DNA of 64,000 nt from Daphnia carinata (lineage: Eukaryota), in assembly GCF_022539665.2 (NCBI RefSeq), contig NC_081331.1, positions 10,664,001 to 10,728,000 on the forward strand, read 5' to 3'. The translations under genes were made by a program, and so were the position numbers. This document shows, one piece after another, positions 24,858-39,600 of the stretch. Numbering within the stretch: position 1 is the first letter of the stretch; each line of letters opens with the position of its first letter. Under the pieces are notes generated by a model, which saw nothing but the letters and a program-made list of their open reading frames with translations, was not told the DNA's origin and searched no databases.

Positions 24858-27011
24858 CCCCCCTCCCCATCCGTTTTTTCTTTCACGGAGCGTGCGAAAC
24901 GCAACACTCGTTACATCAAACATTCTCACATTTTCTCTCGTTCCTCCCTTTATATTTTTTCTCTTTATTTCCAAACGTTGTGTAGACACACCCGACCACC
25001 CGCTTTCGTCCGGATTACATTTCCCCTCTCCAGTTTTTTTTTTTTTTTTTTTTTATTATTTCCCGTACGAGCTTCCTATTGAGACTACTCGATAAAAAAA
25101 AAAGCTCTGTGTTAAAGACAGAGTAACAAGAAAGAGAGAGAAAAAAAAAAAGAAACACATCATCGTTTAAAACAAATACGAATTAAAAAAGGAGGAAAAA
25201 AACAATAGGCCTATTGATGACGAGCTACGGGCAAACGTATGCGACAACATACAACGCGCAATCCGTAAAAAAAAAAAAAACTGTTACTGGAACATATGGG
25301 GCGTAAACAAGTTTCTTTGTGTGTGTGTGTACGATATAAATCAAAAAGAATAATGAAAAAAAAAAATAAAATAAAGGACAGATCGGAAATGCATTTTTTT
25401 TTTGCGTTACGGATCCATCCAATCGCAGTGGCCAATGTCATTAATCTTCCCCCCCCCCCTTTTGTATTTTTAATCCCGCGCTTTGTGAACGGGATTTCGT
25501 GAAAATCAAGATGAACGTAGAGGACAAAAAAGAAAATAGAGAGAAAAAACTTTGGAGCTGCTATTCTCCATTATTTTTGCGATCTTTAAAGAGATTTTGT
25601 TTCACGTGTTTTTTGTTTTTTTTTTCTCTTTTTGGAACATCTTCCAATCGGAAAGAAAAGCTTTGGCCGGACTTGCTTCCCCAGTTATGTCGAATCCCGT
25701 TTTCTTTTTTTTTTTTTTTTTTCTTTCTTTTTCGGGGCGGAATGGCGGAGACAAAGGCGGAAGCAAACGGCCCACAACGCAATAAAGCAAAAACCAACCA
25801 TTACTCCTCTTGTACGTGATGGCGAAGGACGAGCTTTTTGCAAGTTACAACAATTGCAACAACTTTAGTTTTTATCGTACGGTTTTCTCTCCGTACTATT
25901 TTTAGGTTCGTACTTGCGGCAATGAATGGCAGTTTGAAAAACAAAAAAAGAAATGGGAAAAAAAGAAGAATCCAATTGTTTTTTTTTTCTTCTTCCTTTT
26001 GGTTATCACGAATGAACCCTGTGCCAATCGATTACCTCAAAGATATTGGAACATCTGCTAAACTCAATACTTTCGTGTCCCCACGCACACAAAAAAATCG
26101 CAATCTTCACGGACAATTTTCTCGTTGCAAGGAGAAAGAAATGAGGATGGCAGCAGCTGTTGTACTTCCTATATTAGCCCTGATCGCAATGACAACTGGC
26201 TGTTAAGAGGAAAGACGCACCCCCCCCCCCCCAAGTCCCCCAACATCAACAGCTGTTTTTGTTTTGACACAATTTTTCTTTAGTTTCCCCCTAGTTCAGA
26301 GTGTTTTCTTGAATCATCGACAAGCAACAAACGTTCATCGTTTAAAAAAAAAAAAAAAAAAAAAAAAGAAAAGAATGCGAGGTTTAGCTTACCGTCAATC
26401 ATCGACATTGGCACGGACGAAAGGGCTCCGGGCAACAGGTTAAACAAATACGAATCTTTCACGCCAAATCAGCAACTGCAGATCACGATGAAATAATAAA
26501 AAAAAAACGAACTTCCTAAAAAAAAAGAAAGAGAAACGTTAAAATCAAATGTCACGTTTCTTATTTTGGTATATCGATTTTCAGAGATCTGGCTCACGAA
26601 AAAAAAAAAGAAAACAACTAAATTTCACGCAAAAGAGCGGCTGTTTTTTTTTGTCTTTGTTGTTGTGTTTGAAAATCACCAGGTGGTATATAGTAATAGG
26701 TAAACTTTACTAGCAGCGGTGGTAAAAGAGTATTAAATTATTTTACAACCACAACTGCTACTAAGCCCCGCAGCCAAACGTCTACAACGGGTTGGAAACG
26801 CGGTTCCGCAGCGGCCAGATTACAATCAAGAAAAAGAAAAAAAAAAAAAAAAAAAAACAAGAAACAAAAGGGGGGGGGGAGACGCGGTGCGCCCGGACCA
26901 ACGTAGAAAACAAATAAAATATATTAAAAGATTGCGTCTTTTTGTTTATTCACAGTCGATGGCACTTTGATAAAGAGGCAAAAAAAAAAAAAAAAAGAAA
27001 GTTAATAGAGT

Positions 27012-27057
<46 letters not shown>

Positions 27058-27173
27058 CCTCTTGAACTGGCGATGCAATCGCCGAAAGAAAAAAGAGGCC
27101 ACCCGGGTGACAACGGACCGATTTGCTGTAAATCAATCAACGGGGGAGGGAGTTCAACCGGTAATGTCTTCCC

Positions 27174-27206
<33 letters not shown>

Positions 27207-27765
27207 CAAAAAAAAAAAGAAAACTTATTTTCAAATGAGATTGGGTCATTTTCGAAATTATATTTAAGCGCTAAAAAGAAAAATTCATGGGGAAGGTGGT
27301 TATTAAAAACCAAACGAGTTAAAAGAGCCAAAATAAATAGCTAAGATATTCAAAGAAATAGACATTTGCATTTATTTTGACCTATTTCGATATAGTTAGT
27401 TTTTATTTTTACTAGGAAAAAAAAAAAAAAATAAAAAAAGAAAAACAAAAACAACACAAAAGGTGGGCTCGTTCGGCCGTGTCTGTCAACGTCACGTTAA
27501 ATACAATTTTTTTTTTTTAACGCCCTTTTTTTTTTTTTTTTTTTTTTTTTTAACTTCAAACTTTTTACTTTTCTATTATTATTTGGGAAGTTTCGTGTTG
27601 CTCTTGGAACGGTCCACTTTCGGCCCTGCTGTTTTTTGTTTGTTTGTGTTCAAACCCTGAGAGAGAAATAGACATTGGCGCACGAGCCTCGATTGGAATA
27701 AGTTTTGAAATCTTTGTGTGTGTGTGTGTGTCTTAGTCTTCCCTCGTGAGTGAGAAACTCAAATC

Positions 27766-27803
<38 letters not shown>

Positions 27804-28336
27804 TAAGAGTCAACTTTGGCTCTTAAACTGATAAAATAAAAATAGGGACTCTGGAAAAGGAACAAAAAAAAAAAAAAAAGCCGGCCCATAAAAGTCGAAG
27901 AGAGAGAGGAACTTTGATTCGATGGATAAGCTTTTTTTTTTTTTTTTTCCTCGAAAATAAAAATGAAATCTATTTTTTTCTTTTAAAGAGAATTGGTATG
28001 ACTCATATGAAAAAAAAAAAAAAAAAACGAGAGAGAACCTCCTTAATTCCTTTGATATTTCCCAAAATTCATAATTTGTCGCCCAATCTACTAAAAATTT
28101 TCAGATTTTTCTTGATGCTCTTGTCTTGTTAAATTTAAAAAAAAACAACAACAAGAAAATGAAAAAAAATACAAAAAAAAAAAAACACACGCAAAATAAA
28201 AAATAATAAGAAAGAATAGAAACAGTGTAGTTTGTTATCAATTTTCCTCCGGTGATTCAACAGCTAGCGAGCCCGCAGCTGTTGAAAATGATGATGGATC
28301 GACTGTGGAGCCACTGCCGCCACTTCATTTTTACCC

Positions 28337-28367
<31 letters not shown>

Positions 28368-30105
28368 AAAGCATTGCATCAACATACACAAACTCTACAC
28401 GAATTTTCTTTCTTTTTTTTTTTTTCAAAATTATTTTTGCGGCTCGAGCTACGACAAAACACATCCGCATTTCATGTAACATTTACGCCAATCACGATTT
28501 ACACGTACAATCATCTCGCCATTCAATTCAAAGTACCTTTGGGACAACAAAGCCTCAATTCAATTTTCCTTAACGGCTTTGTTTTTTTTTATTATTATTA
28601 TCTTATAGCGTAAAAAAAAAAAAAAAAGATTACGAGATAGATGGTCCTCTGGTTTGTTTAAAAAATAAAGGAGTGAGAGAGAGAGAGTAGGAAGTTGGGG
28701 TTAGCAATCCAGCTTGGACCCCAGCACCGGCTGTTGAAAAGATAAAGCCCACAAACGGGACAAACATACGGTTTGGCCAGGGAAATAACGCACAACAGCG
28801 GATAAGAAACCTCCAAAACATTTGATAAAAAGAAAAAAGAAAGGCTCTTAAACAAGAGGATCAAAAACACAAAAACAAAAAATTCAAAAAGCAAACTGAT
28901 AATCCTCCAAAGTCTATCTCAAGTGTAACAATGGGCGAATCTTTGTTCGCAAACGATAATGTTTTTTTTAAAAAAAAAAAAAAAAGGGGGAAAAGGGTGG
29001 ATAGAATTGCGCAGAACGTCACTCTCCCGGCAGCAAAAAAAAAAAAAAAAAAAAAAAGTAAAAATAAAAAAAAAAAAAAAAAAAAGGGAAGGGAAGGGAA
29101 TTACTAAGCTCGCCCATATACACGCCATTGCCATCCGTCCACTCGGGACACGCAGTGGTCACGCGCTGGTTCCGGCTCGACTCTCAAATAGCCCGTGACG
29201 TCAACGCGGCTGCCGAAGAGAGAAAAAAAAAGGGGAAGAGACAAAGACGACATCGATAAATAGACTTCCCTAAAATAAAATAAAATAAAATAAAAAAGAG
29301 GGGAATAAAAATTTCTGAAGGGGGGGGGGGGGGGGATGCGATCGATATCGATTGATTTTGAAAACAAAAGACGGCAAAATAAAAAAATAAAAACAAAACA
29401 TTTTTTTTGGTCAGAGATGAAACGCAACGAAAGAAAGAAAAATTTACAAACGGCAACAGCTGGGCCACGCCCAAAATTGTTCCCTAAAAAAAAAAAAAAT
29501 GTCTCTGTTGCGAGCGTAGGCTATTCGCGGTTGGTTTCATATCATGCCACTCGTTAAAAGACTCGTTTGACTTTGTGCCCAACTCATTGTCAAATACACA
29601 TCGTCTCCGCTTTTTGTTTTTTTTGTTTTTTTTAAACTAACAACAACTTCACCGAGACAGCGCATTCAAATTCATTTTTTTTTTTTTTTTTTGCCCTCCG
29701 TTCAAAACAGTTTGTTTTCTTATTCCCGTCCTACCAAAAGTTGGCAGTTTACTTTTGTTTTCAAAGTTGGTTACGAAGTTAAAATAAAAAAATGCATAAA
29801 CTTTTCTTCTTTATCGGCTTATTGCTTGCGCAAACACACGCAATCGGTGGACACACAAACAGAACAATTCACTTCGTCCGCATCGGCAACGACTCCCCCC
29901 CCCCCTTTTTTTTTCTTAGAGGGGTGTGTCCATTCGGGAGGAAGTAGGGGCCGAGTTTTCGTCCTTTTTTCACGAAAACAAAATAAAATAAAAAAAAACG
30001 AACGTGCAATTTGGCATCGACCTGATAGATTTGGCGGCCTCCACGCACCAACTGTTTTTGTTTTTTTTTCCTTTTGCCTTCTGTTTCTTTTGCAAAAAAA
30101 AAAAA

Positions 30106-30732
<627 letters not shown>

Positions 30733-32054
30733 CACAACCTCACTACTCCTCCCCCCCCCCTCTAAGTGCAAAAAACAAAACGTTTGTTGTCTTTTTAAAG
30801 AAATAAAAACAAAAAAAAAAAAACATTAAGTAATCATAATCGCATTTTCAAATTGTTTGTGTCCGAATCGATTGAACACCGGGACACGGGAGTTAGACCA
30901 AGAGTAAAGGACAACACTCAAACTCTTCTCTCCCCCCCCCCTCCCTTCCCCCTCAGTTAAACACGAACTCGTGTTGGTGTAGTATGTCGTTGTCGGAACG
31001 GAAGGCGAGGAGGAAAAGAAGCTTGGGATATATAGTCGCTCGTAAAGAGCAATAGTTGAGTATCGATTCAACAATGTCGTACCGTTTCTCTCCGTCGTTT
31101 TCCTCGACCCCAATATGGTATTAAACAACATCCAGCAACAACAAAGAAACAACACGGAGTCCCCCCCCCCCTTCTGCGCTCTCCTTTGCCAATAATAAAA
31201 AAAAAAGAAGAAGAAGAAAAAAAAAAAAACGGCCAATCGATACACGTCGAGGCTATTGAGAAACACATTAGTAGGCTCTTGCGAGGCAAGTGAAACACAC
31301 ACACACACGATATTATGATTTTTTTTTTGTGAGATTGAGGACGACGACAAGCGAACGCTATCAAAGTTCTTCGCCGCCCCCCCCCACCTTTGTTACCTGG
31401 TAAAAGCAGGGCGAAAAAAAAAAAAAAGACGCAGACAACAAAGAGGTCCAATTAGGCATTCCAAATCGGTTGGAATTCCCTATTTCTACCTAACCCAATG
31501 ACTCCCTTCTTTTCATTTTTTTTTCTTGTACAACGATGAGAGGAGGGAGGAAAAAAAAAAAAAAAGATGACGATGATATTATGAAACTCTCGTGTAAAAG
31601 ATAAGACACCACACACACACACACACACACACAAAAAAAAAAAAAGAAAAGAAAAGCTAAAAATTTTGATGGATCGGTTCTTTTTGTGCTTCTTTATTTT
31701 TTGAATTTGGGGGTCGTGCGTGATGTTTTACACACTTCGAGCAAAAAAAAAAGCGCAAGAATTTCACGCCCCGGAGCTTGTTCTTTTTTCTTTTCTTTTT
31801 TTTTTTTTTTTTCGGGGCATCTTGTTGAGACTATGTAACATTTAAAGAGACGACCGATCAAAAAGAATTCCTCTTTCATAATGAACCGTCTCAATTTGTT
31901 TATTTAAAAAATATTTCTTTAAGAAAGCGTCCGGGATCTTACGCATTGATTCCAATTGTGCGTGTGATGTTCTACACGGAGCAATGGCTTTTTCTTTTCT
32001 TAAATAGCTATGCCGAAAGAAGCTCTCTGTCGTGTCGTGTCGTGTCTTGTTTTT

Positions 32055-32107
<53 letters not shown>

Positions 32108-33430
32108 GTTCAACAGCAAAACAAAAGAAGAAGAAGAATTTTTAAGTTGGCGCGTGCGGCCGAGGCTATTTTCAGATTGCGCTCCTCCCTTCTATTACAT
32201 CCATTCAATTCTATTTTTTTTTTTTCCTACCCCTCTTCTTTCGGAAAAAAAAAAATATATAAGAATAAAACCCACAGCTGTGTGTGAGTGTGCGGATGAA
32301 CTTTTTTTTTTTTTTTCTGAAGAAGGAGAGAGAAAAAAAAATTTAATGTGACGGTTCTCCTTGCGGAAAAGTCCACGATCTTCTTTATCCTTTTTTTTTT
32401 TTTTTCACAGTGACGCCATTTTGTTTTGTTCTCTTTTTTTTTCAGCTGGCGTTCACCAATGACATCATCACGAAAAAAAAAAAAAAAAAAAAAAAAAAAC
32501 CTCTGCGTGTGGGTTAACTCGATTCGCACCTCTCTCTCTCTTTCCTTTTTAAATCAAATCTTCTTTTCTAAAAATATATATATATAAATAATTCCTCTTT
32601 ATTTATTTATATATTTGTCGATTGGCTGATTTGTAATTCTCCCCCCCCCCGTCCGCTTGTTCTCACACAGAAGAATCTCGATCACGATTCTCCCTTTTTA
32701 TTTATTTAAAAAAAAAAATAAAAAAATATTTCGGTTATCGTCGTGTGGGATTTTCTTTTTTCTTTTTCACCTTGAATCGACCCCGGACGCGTACACGAGA
32801 GAATAGAATCTCATTAGAATCCATGACGAAGCGAGAAAAAAAGAAGAAGAAGAGGGAACAACAACAAACCAACACTACACGAAACAAAACAAAAAAGAAG
32901 GGAAGTAAAAGATCTCTCGGTAGGGGAGGCCCATGTCCATATTTCACTCGGCTAAAAATGTGAACGTTATTACGTGTAACAGCGCACACACACAGCGAGC
33001 GAGCGAGAGAAGCAACACGATTTTTCATTTCCTCTATATACAACATCACTTGGTCATCCATCCATCCGCAACGGAAGGAAACAAACATCAACAATACCAG
33101 CCTTGCCTACCGTATAATAAATATAGAAAACCAGTGTATGCAGAGTAATCGAATAAATATTTAAATATTGCGCCATTTTTCAAAACAACCGCTTCCCACT
33201 ACTTTTGTTATTATTATTATTTTTTTAACTCTCCCACTCTACATCATATTCTTCAACAACAACAACAAAAAAAGATAATTATTAGTATCACAATAAAAAG
33301 AGAATGCGCAGGCTCTGGGACAAACAAAAAACTGCTCAATTTCCCGAACAATTGATGAATAAACTCTGCCCGCAATTCTCCCGAAAAATAAACGAACTGA
33401 TAGAACTTAATAAGTACGCAACCAAGCGAA

Positions 33431-33462
<32 letters not shown>

Positions 33463-33625
33463 GAAAAAAAAAAAAAAAAGAGAGGGAGGGAGGGGGAGAG
33501 TCTCTTGGTAGAAAATTACCAATGGGACTGTGTGGCCTTTGCCTGGCCACTGTCGGATGTTGGATTGTAATCATTCGCCGCCATGGTCATCATCAAGCGC
33601 TAGTACTCATCATTTCCATATAGGC

Positions 33626-33663
<38 letters not shown>

Positions 33664-36600
33664 ATAATAATAATAACATTCGTCCATCATCCTTTGGTCC
33701 CATCTCGCAACCCTTTTTTTCGCTTAGAAAAACGAAGACACATGAAGCAGTCACGTGATGAGCTCATGTGTGTTTATCATTGTCCAACCAAACTTCTCCT
33801 TTTTTTTTTTTTTTTTTTTTTTCATTTGCCCAGGCACGGTCGGAAGAAAACAACGAAAAAGAGGCGAGAACATCTCGCGAGCAGCAGCAGCAGTAAGAGA
33901 CAAGAGAGTGAAGCCAATGGGGTGGAACGACCTTTGACCTTTTATCCCCTCCTTGTGTGTTATAGGAAGAAACAAAAAAAAAAAAAACAAAAGCAAAAAT
34001 GAAAACAGCAGCCGCAGCGGAGCAACAACAATTCTCATTCAATCAAGCCAAAGTGACAAAGACACGGCCAGGCGGACGAATCACACGCTCGGCCGGTCGC
34101 CACTTGATGTGTCCGCACAAGATGATGATAATTAAATAGGGGCAAAAGAAAACAAACATTTATTTGGGTGAGCTGGTCTTTAAACTGAATTCGATCTTGC
34201 TTTCATTTTCAGAGTTAAATGCCAGGGTTTAAGCGTCTAATAATATACAATCGGAGCCAAAAAGGAGAAAAAAAAAAAAAAAAAAAAAAACAGCTGTTGA
34301 TTGTGTAATCGAATTTGAGTCGCGGTTAATCAGAAAGAGCAACAACAACAACAGAAAAAAAAAAAAAAAAAGGGTTGGTGAATTGGGACTTGATGACAGT
34401 AGACAGTGATGACATCGTCACCTTTTTTTTCTCTTATAAAAGACGCAATAGAAGCGTGAAAAAAAGGACCAGCTGTTGTAAGCAAATCTCCTTTTTTTTT
34501 TGCTCTCAGTGTCGCATCCAATTTGCCTAATTGACATAAAAACTCACCATACCAAAAATTCTCTTTTGACTCGCTTTTTTTTTGCCTGATGATTAAGTAA
34601 ACCCTTGTCACGAAGCCAACGAAAAGAAAAATTAATATTCAAACGAACCCCCCACGAAAAAAAACATCAACGACATCCCACGAAAAACCCCAATTTCGTT
34701 CGCTAACATCGAAATAACTAGGAAATTAGTTTCAAATCCAAACGAGTGATTAAAAAAAGAAGACGACCAAAAATAGTCGACATTTTTTCCCGAAAACGTT
34801 CGCCGTCATCGCGCGCGCCAATTTTAAAAGCGCCTCCGCCGTCCTATTTGCTCTACACACGAACACCGTGTCCAAAACTATTTACTACTAACGACTATGT
34901 GTCTAAAAATACCTTTTCCCCCACCCTCCGCCCTTTATATATATATACATTTTTTTTTTTTTAAACCCCGACTTTCTTTAATACACCAAGTAGGTAAAGC
35001 TGCAAAAATATATATATATATATATAAGTGGCTTAAAAAGAAGTTCTCTTTTTTTTTTCAAAGAAAATGGACGATCGCATTAGACGAGCAACTCCAAAAA
35101 AAAAAAAAAGGCTTAAAATAGAACACATTCCCGCTGGAACGAGAGGCGGGCCAGAGAGGAAATTGCAGCAAATGCACAATTTTGCAAAAAAAAAAAAAAA
35201 AAAAAAAGTGTAAATAAACTCTGACACGGGACAAAACAGACACTGAAGGAGAAGAAAACAAAAATGTACAGTACGTGTGTGTGTGTGTGTGTGTGTAAAT
35301 ATAAACGGCCTGATGGTCAATGTATACACGAACGACGGATGCTTGCGCACCCATCGTCTTCTAAACGATGTGGAATTCGATGATGGCGTTCAATGTTTCA
35401 TCGGATATTCAGATCGCGAACATATTTATATATATAAGCGAGGAGGAGGGGGGGGGGCGAAATCTACGTGAGAATTCTAGCACAAGGATCGACATACGTG
35501 AAATCCCAACGCTGAGGGGCCAATCGATTTCAAGATTTTTTTTTCTTCTTTTAAATATAGAAAATGTCAAACTTGAGGCTAATGTCAAAAGTGAAGTTGT
35601 CAAGTGCATAATACAGTGACTTTTTCACAACCTAGCATTACATGAATAGGTATTTGTGACAAGTCGACCAAACACGATCCTCGGGGGTAAAAAAAAAAAA
35701 AAAAAAAGTCCCCACCCGCTGTGACATTCCCACGAAATCCCCAATCTAAAAATGTTTTATATTTAAACGTATCCTCGACATACGTATATATTTCTTTTAA
35801 TTTTAAATATAAAAAATGAACGACATAAGCGAAAAAAAAGGGTATTTCCGACGAAATTCATCATCACCATCCAATCATCCCAGCAGAACGTGTCTCTCTC
35901 TCTCTCTCTCTCGTTTTATCGCCATCATAACGAGAGAGACAAACAACGTGTTTAATATATTCACAAAATAAAAAATGCCAATGACTTTTTTCTCTCATTC
36001 CGGATCATCAAAAAAGAGAAAGAAAATAAAAAAAAAAAAAGCCTGGTGGTGTGTGTGTGGGGGGGGGGGGAGCAGCGGTCGTTATAACCTCCCTGTTCGC
36101 CATCCCCAAAACCGTCATAATGGCATAACGACGATGACGACAATCCATCCAATAAGAGCATCCGCACACATCATGCGCCATCAATGTCCTACCATCCAAT
36201 TGTGTGTTGCCTTATCCTTTTTTTTTTCCTCTTCTTCTCCTCTTTTATATATAAATATATATAACTACGTATACTGTACACGCCGTCTCTATATCCTCCC
36301 CAAGCCTCACCCACCCTCACACAATTTTTTTTTTTTTCTCGTAATTCAACTTCCCAATATATTATTATTTGTGTATATAGAAGAACAAGAGAGCCATTCG
36401 AACCACCAAAAACACATATACGAGCGAATGTCCGTTCCCTAGTTTTTTATGTGGCCTTTTTTTTTTTTTCTTCTGGTTATATCCATCCCCACCCTCCTTC
36501 CGTTTCGATTCGAATGGGTCACTTTGGATTGTGGCGTTCGTTGTTGGGACTTTTCTTTTTTCGTGTCCTCAATCGAGAGAAAAACATGGGACATCAGAAA

Positions 36601-39600
36601 AGAGAAGAAGAAGAGTGAAGAAAAAAAAAAAAAAAAAAAAGATGATGACGCGCACAGCTCATCACACCAAGTGGCAATCTTTGTACATCTATAAAAACAT
36701 AGCAAAAAAAAAAAAAGGAGGAGAGCAATGTTTTCTCTTTTTCTTTCTGGGAAGCCCGTCTTCTTTTTTTTATTTTATTTTATTAGATCATTCGATCGAG
36801 ATGAGACAAGAGGGGCGCGTCGAACCTCTTTTTTTTTTTTTTTCTTCCCCCTTTTTTTTTTTAAGTGAAGAGACTTTGGGTCACACAACTCGACACCAGC
36901 ACTCGGTTACCAATTACATCCCATAAGAACGTGCGTGTAGAGAGACCCGAGACCCTTCCCAACGCACAATTGGCCGTCTCATTCCAATTGGAATCAAGTC
37001 AGTATAAATTTCAAAATACACGCAAAATAAATTTCAAAATTAAAAAGAAAAATTCAAATTCAAAATGCAAATAGGGGAAAGAAAAAGTTTTTAAAAGCCT
37101 CGGAAGAGCCCACTGGCTCCATAAAACTAAAAAACAATTGAAAGCGGAGCGATAAAAAAAAAAACTATCTTTTGTGGTCGGCAATGAAACGGGAACAATT
37201 TGACAACGCCGAAAGATTTACATCAATTTTCTTTTCTATTTAAGAAAATTAAAAAAAAAAAAGCGGAATCCTTTTTGAGTTTTTTAGTACAAAAAAAAAA
37301 TCTGAAAACTCCAGCTGGATGCAATTTTCTTTCTAGAACGAAGAAGGAAGAAGGAAGAAAAAAACAAAAAACAAAAAAATGGGAGCCAAAATATTTGTTC
37401 CAATGTTATCTCGACAGTTCGGATGCAGTTACTTTATGAACTCTTCCTCAGTTGCCGGATGAGGTTACCGACACACACACACACACACAAAAAAAAAAAA
37501 GAAAACATATTTCTAATATAAAACCCCGAAGAAAAAAAAAAAAAAAAAAAAAGAGGAGAGGGCTTGCGGTGCGGATGCGGTTTGAGACGGGTTTTCAAAC
37601 ACACAAAAACAAAAGTTAAAAGAGATAAGAAACCGTTTCATTATCCGACCGACTTAACCGCACACATCAACAGTTTTTTTTTTTTCCCTTCCCCCCCCCT
37701 CGACAAGATAAGAACAAATGAAAAGGGAGGATGGAGAGTCTTTAAACTAATCAAATTTTATCCACTTTCAATCCTTTGTTATCGTCAATTGTCGTGCGTG
37801 TGTGCTAAAAAAAAAAAAAAATCGCTTACACACCACCCTTCCCTTATAGAAAAATGAAATGCTTGTAAAGATGAAATAAATTTTAAAAAATTCATCAGAT
37901 AACGGCCAAGATGTAAAAAACACAAGGGGACAACGTCATCTCGCTAGTTTTCGAGAGGGGTGCGGCTTTTTTTTTTTTTTTTCGGTGAACGAAGAGAGAG
38001 AGAGAGCGAGGAGGGGGGGAGATGAAAGATTGGATCAGATTTCGAGCCACAACGTAACGGCTTGTGCTGTTTTCTTCATCAAGTCAAAAGAAATCCTCTA
38101 CCACCATCCCCCTTCAAAGGGAGACAGTAAGGGAGAAAAAAAAATCAAGCCGAAGGACGTTAAATAGCCATCAAAGATCGTTCGTTCGTAACTTCCGGTC
38201 GTGAAAGAAAAAAAAAAAGGGGGAGGACATTTTGCTTGGAAAACGAGATGAAAAGAAAACAATGCAAAACATCAACAAGTGACACGCGTACACATTTTAT
38301 ATATGTATATACATATTTCCTAAAAATAATAATATGCTTCTCTGTCTCTTGGACCTCCCCCCTACCCCCCATTGACGTCGGGTGGCGTCGTCGTGTACCA
38401 GAATGACTCGGTGATTGCATCTTCTTCTCTTTCCTCTTTTTTTTCACGTTCATTTTTCTCTTCATAAAACTATGAGAGAAAGAAAGGAAAAAAAAAAAGA
38501 ATAGAAGGAGAAAAGAGCGCTATTTATATGAAGGGCATGCCAGTTCTTATTGTATAAGATCTTACATGTTCTTTTTTTTTTGCCTTCCCAACATTTTCTT
38601 CGTGTTTATTCCTTTTTAGCGCGTTTCTGTACGGTCCCGCGCGGCTTTTCACGCGCGCACCGCACCAAATCCGATCATTCCGGGTTCATTCGTGCAAGGA
38701 TCAAACGATTTCCAGAGCTCACACACCAACGCATCTCTTTAAACCCTCCCGATTTTTTTTCGACTTTAAAAAGAAAAACAGCGGGATATGTTAAAAAAAA
38801 AAAATAAAAAAAATAAATTCAATCCAAATGCGTTCCACGCGATTTTTGCTCAGCGTCTACGATGTCTAGCGAACTAGACATTCCCAGGAAATCCATCCCT
38901 TCAACGGAGTTCTTAAAAAAAAAAAAAAAAAAAAATGGAAATCCAAGTCTAAGAAATGTGAAACTATTTTTTTTCTCTCTTAACAATTTAATGAGATTTA
39001 AATGACCGGGAATGAAGAAAGAAAAGGAGGCTATTTTTTGGTCGTCCATCGACAACACCCAAGCCAGCGCACAAGATCGATGTAACAGACTTGAACCCAG
39101 CCTACACAAAAGCGGGTTTCCAAAATAAAAAAAAAATGAAAAACGGCTCGAAAAAATACTTGAAACCCACTTACAAGTCTGGTAGGGAAAGCGTAGATCT
39201 AAACTTCAACATGATGAATAGATATCTTTAAAAAATCATTCAACCCTTAAAAGAAGAAAAAAAAATGGACCAATCAAGCATCTGATGATGCCACTCGGAA
39301 TACAATGTCAACAAGACAACAACAAAATAAGAATTCAAAAAATGCTTCCACAACACACATTTTGCGACAAACAGCTGGTCCTGTTCATTGTCCGCAGACA
39401 TGACGATAAACCATCAGCAGGGACATTTAACCCGCCTCCAAGAATGTCGCGATTCCCGAACGATGCGTCTCTTAGAACCCCAACCAACGGGGCAACATCA
39501 ACCGAAAAAAAACAAAAAAAAACAAAAAAAACAATTCAATTGTATCTTGGATCCCGAAGAAGAAGGGGGAAAAGCATGTAGAGGATGACGACGAACGAAA

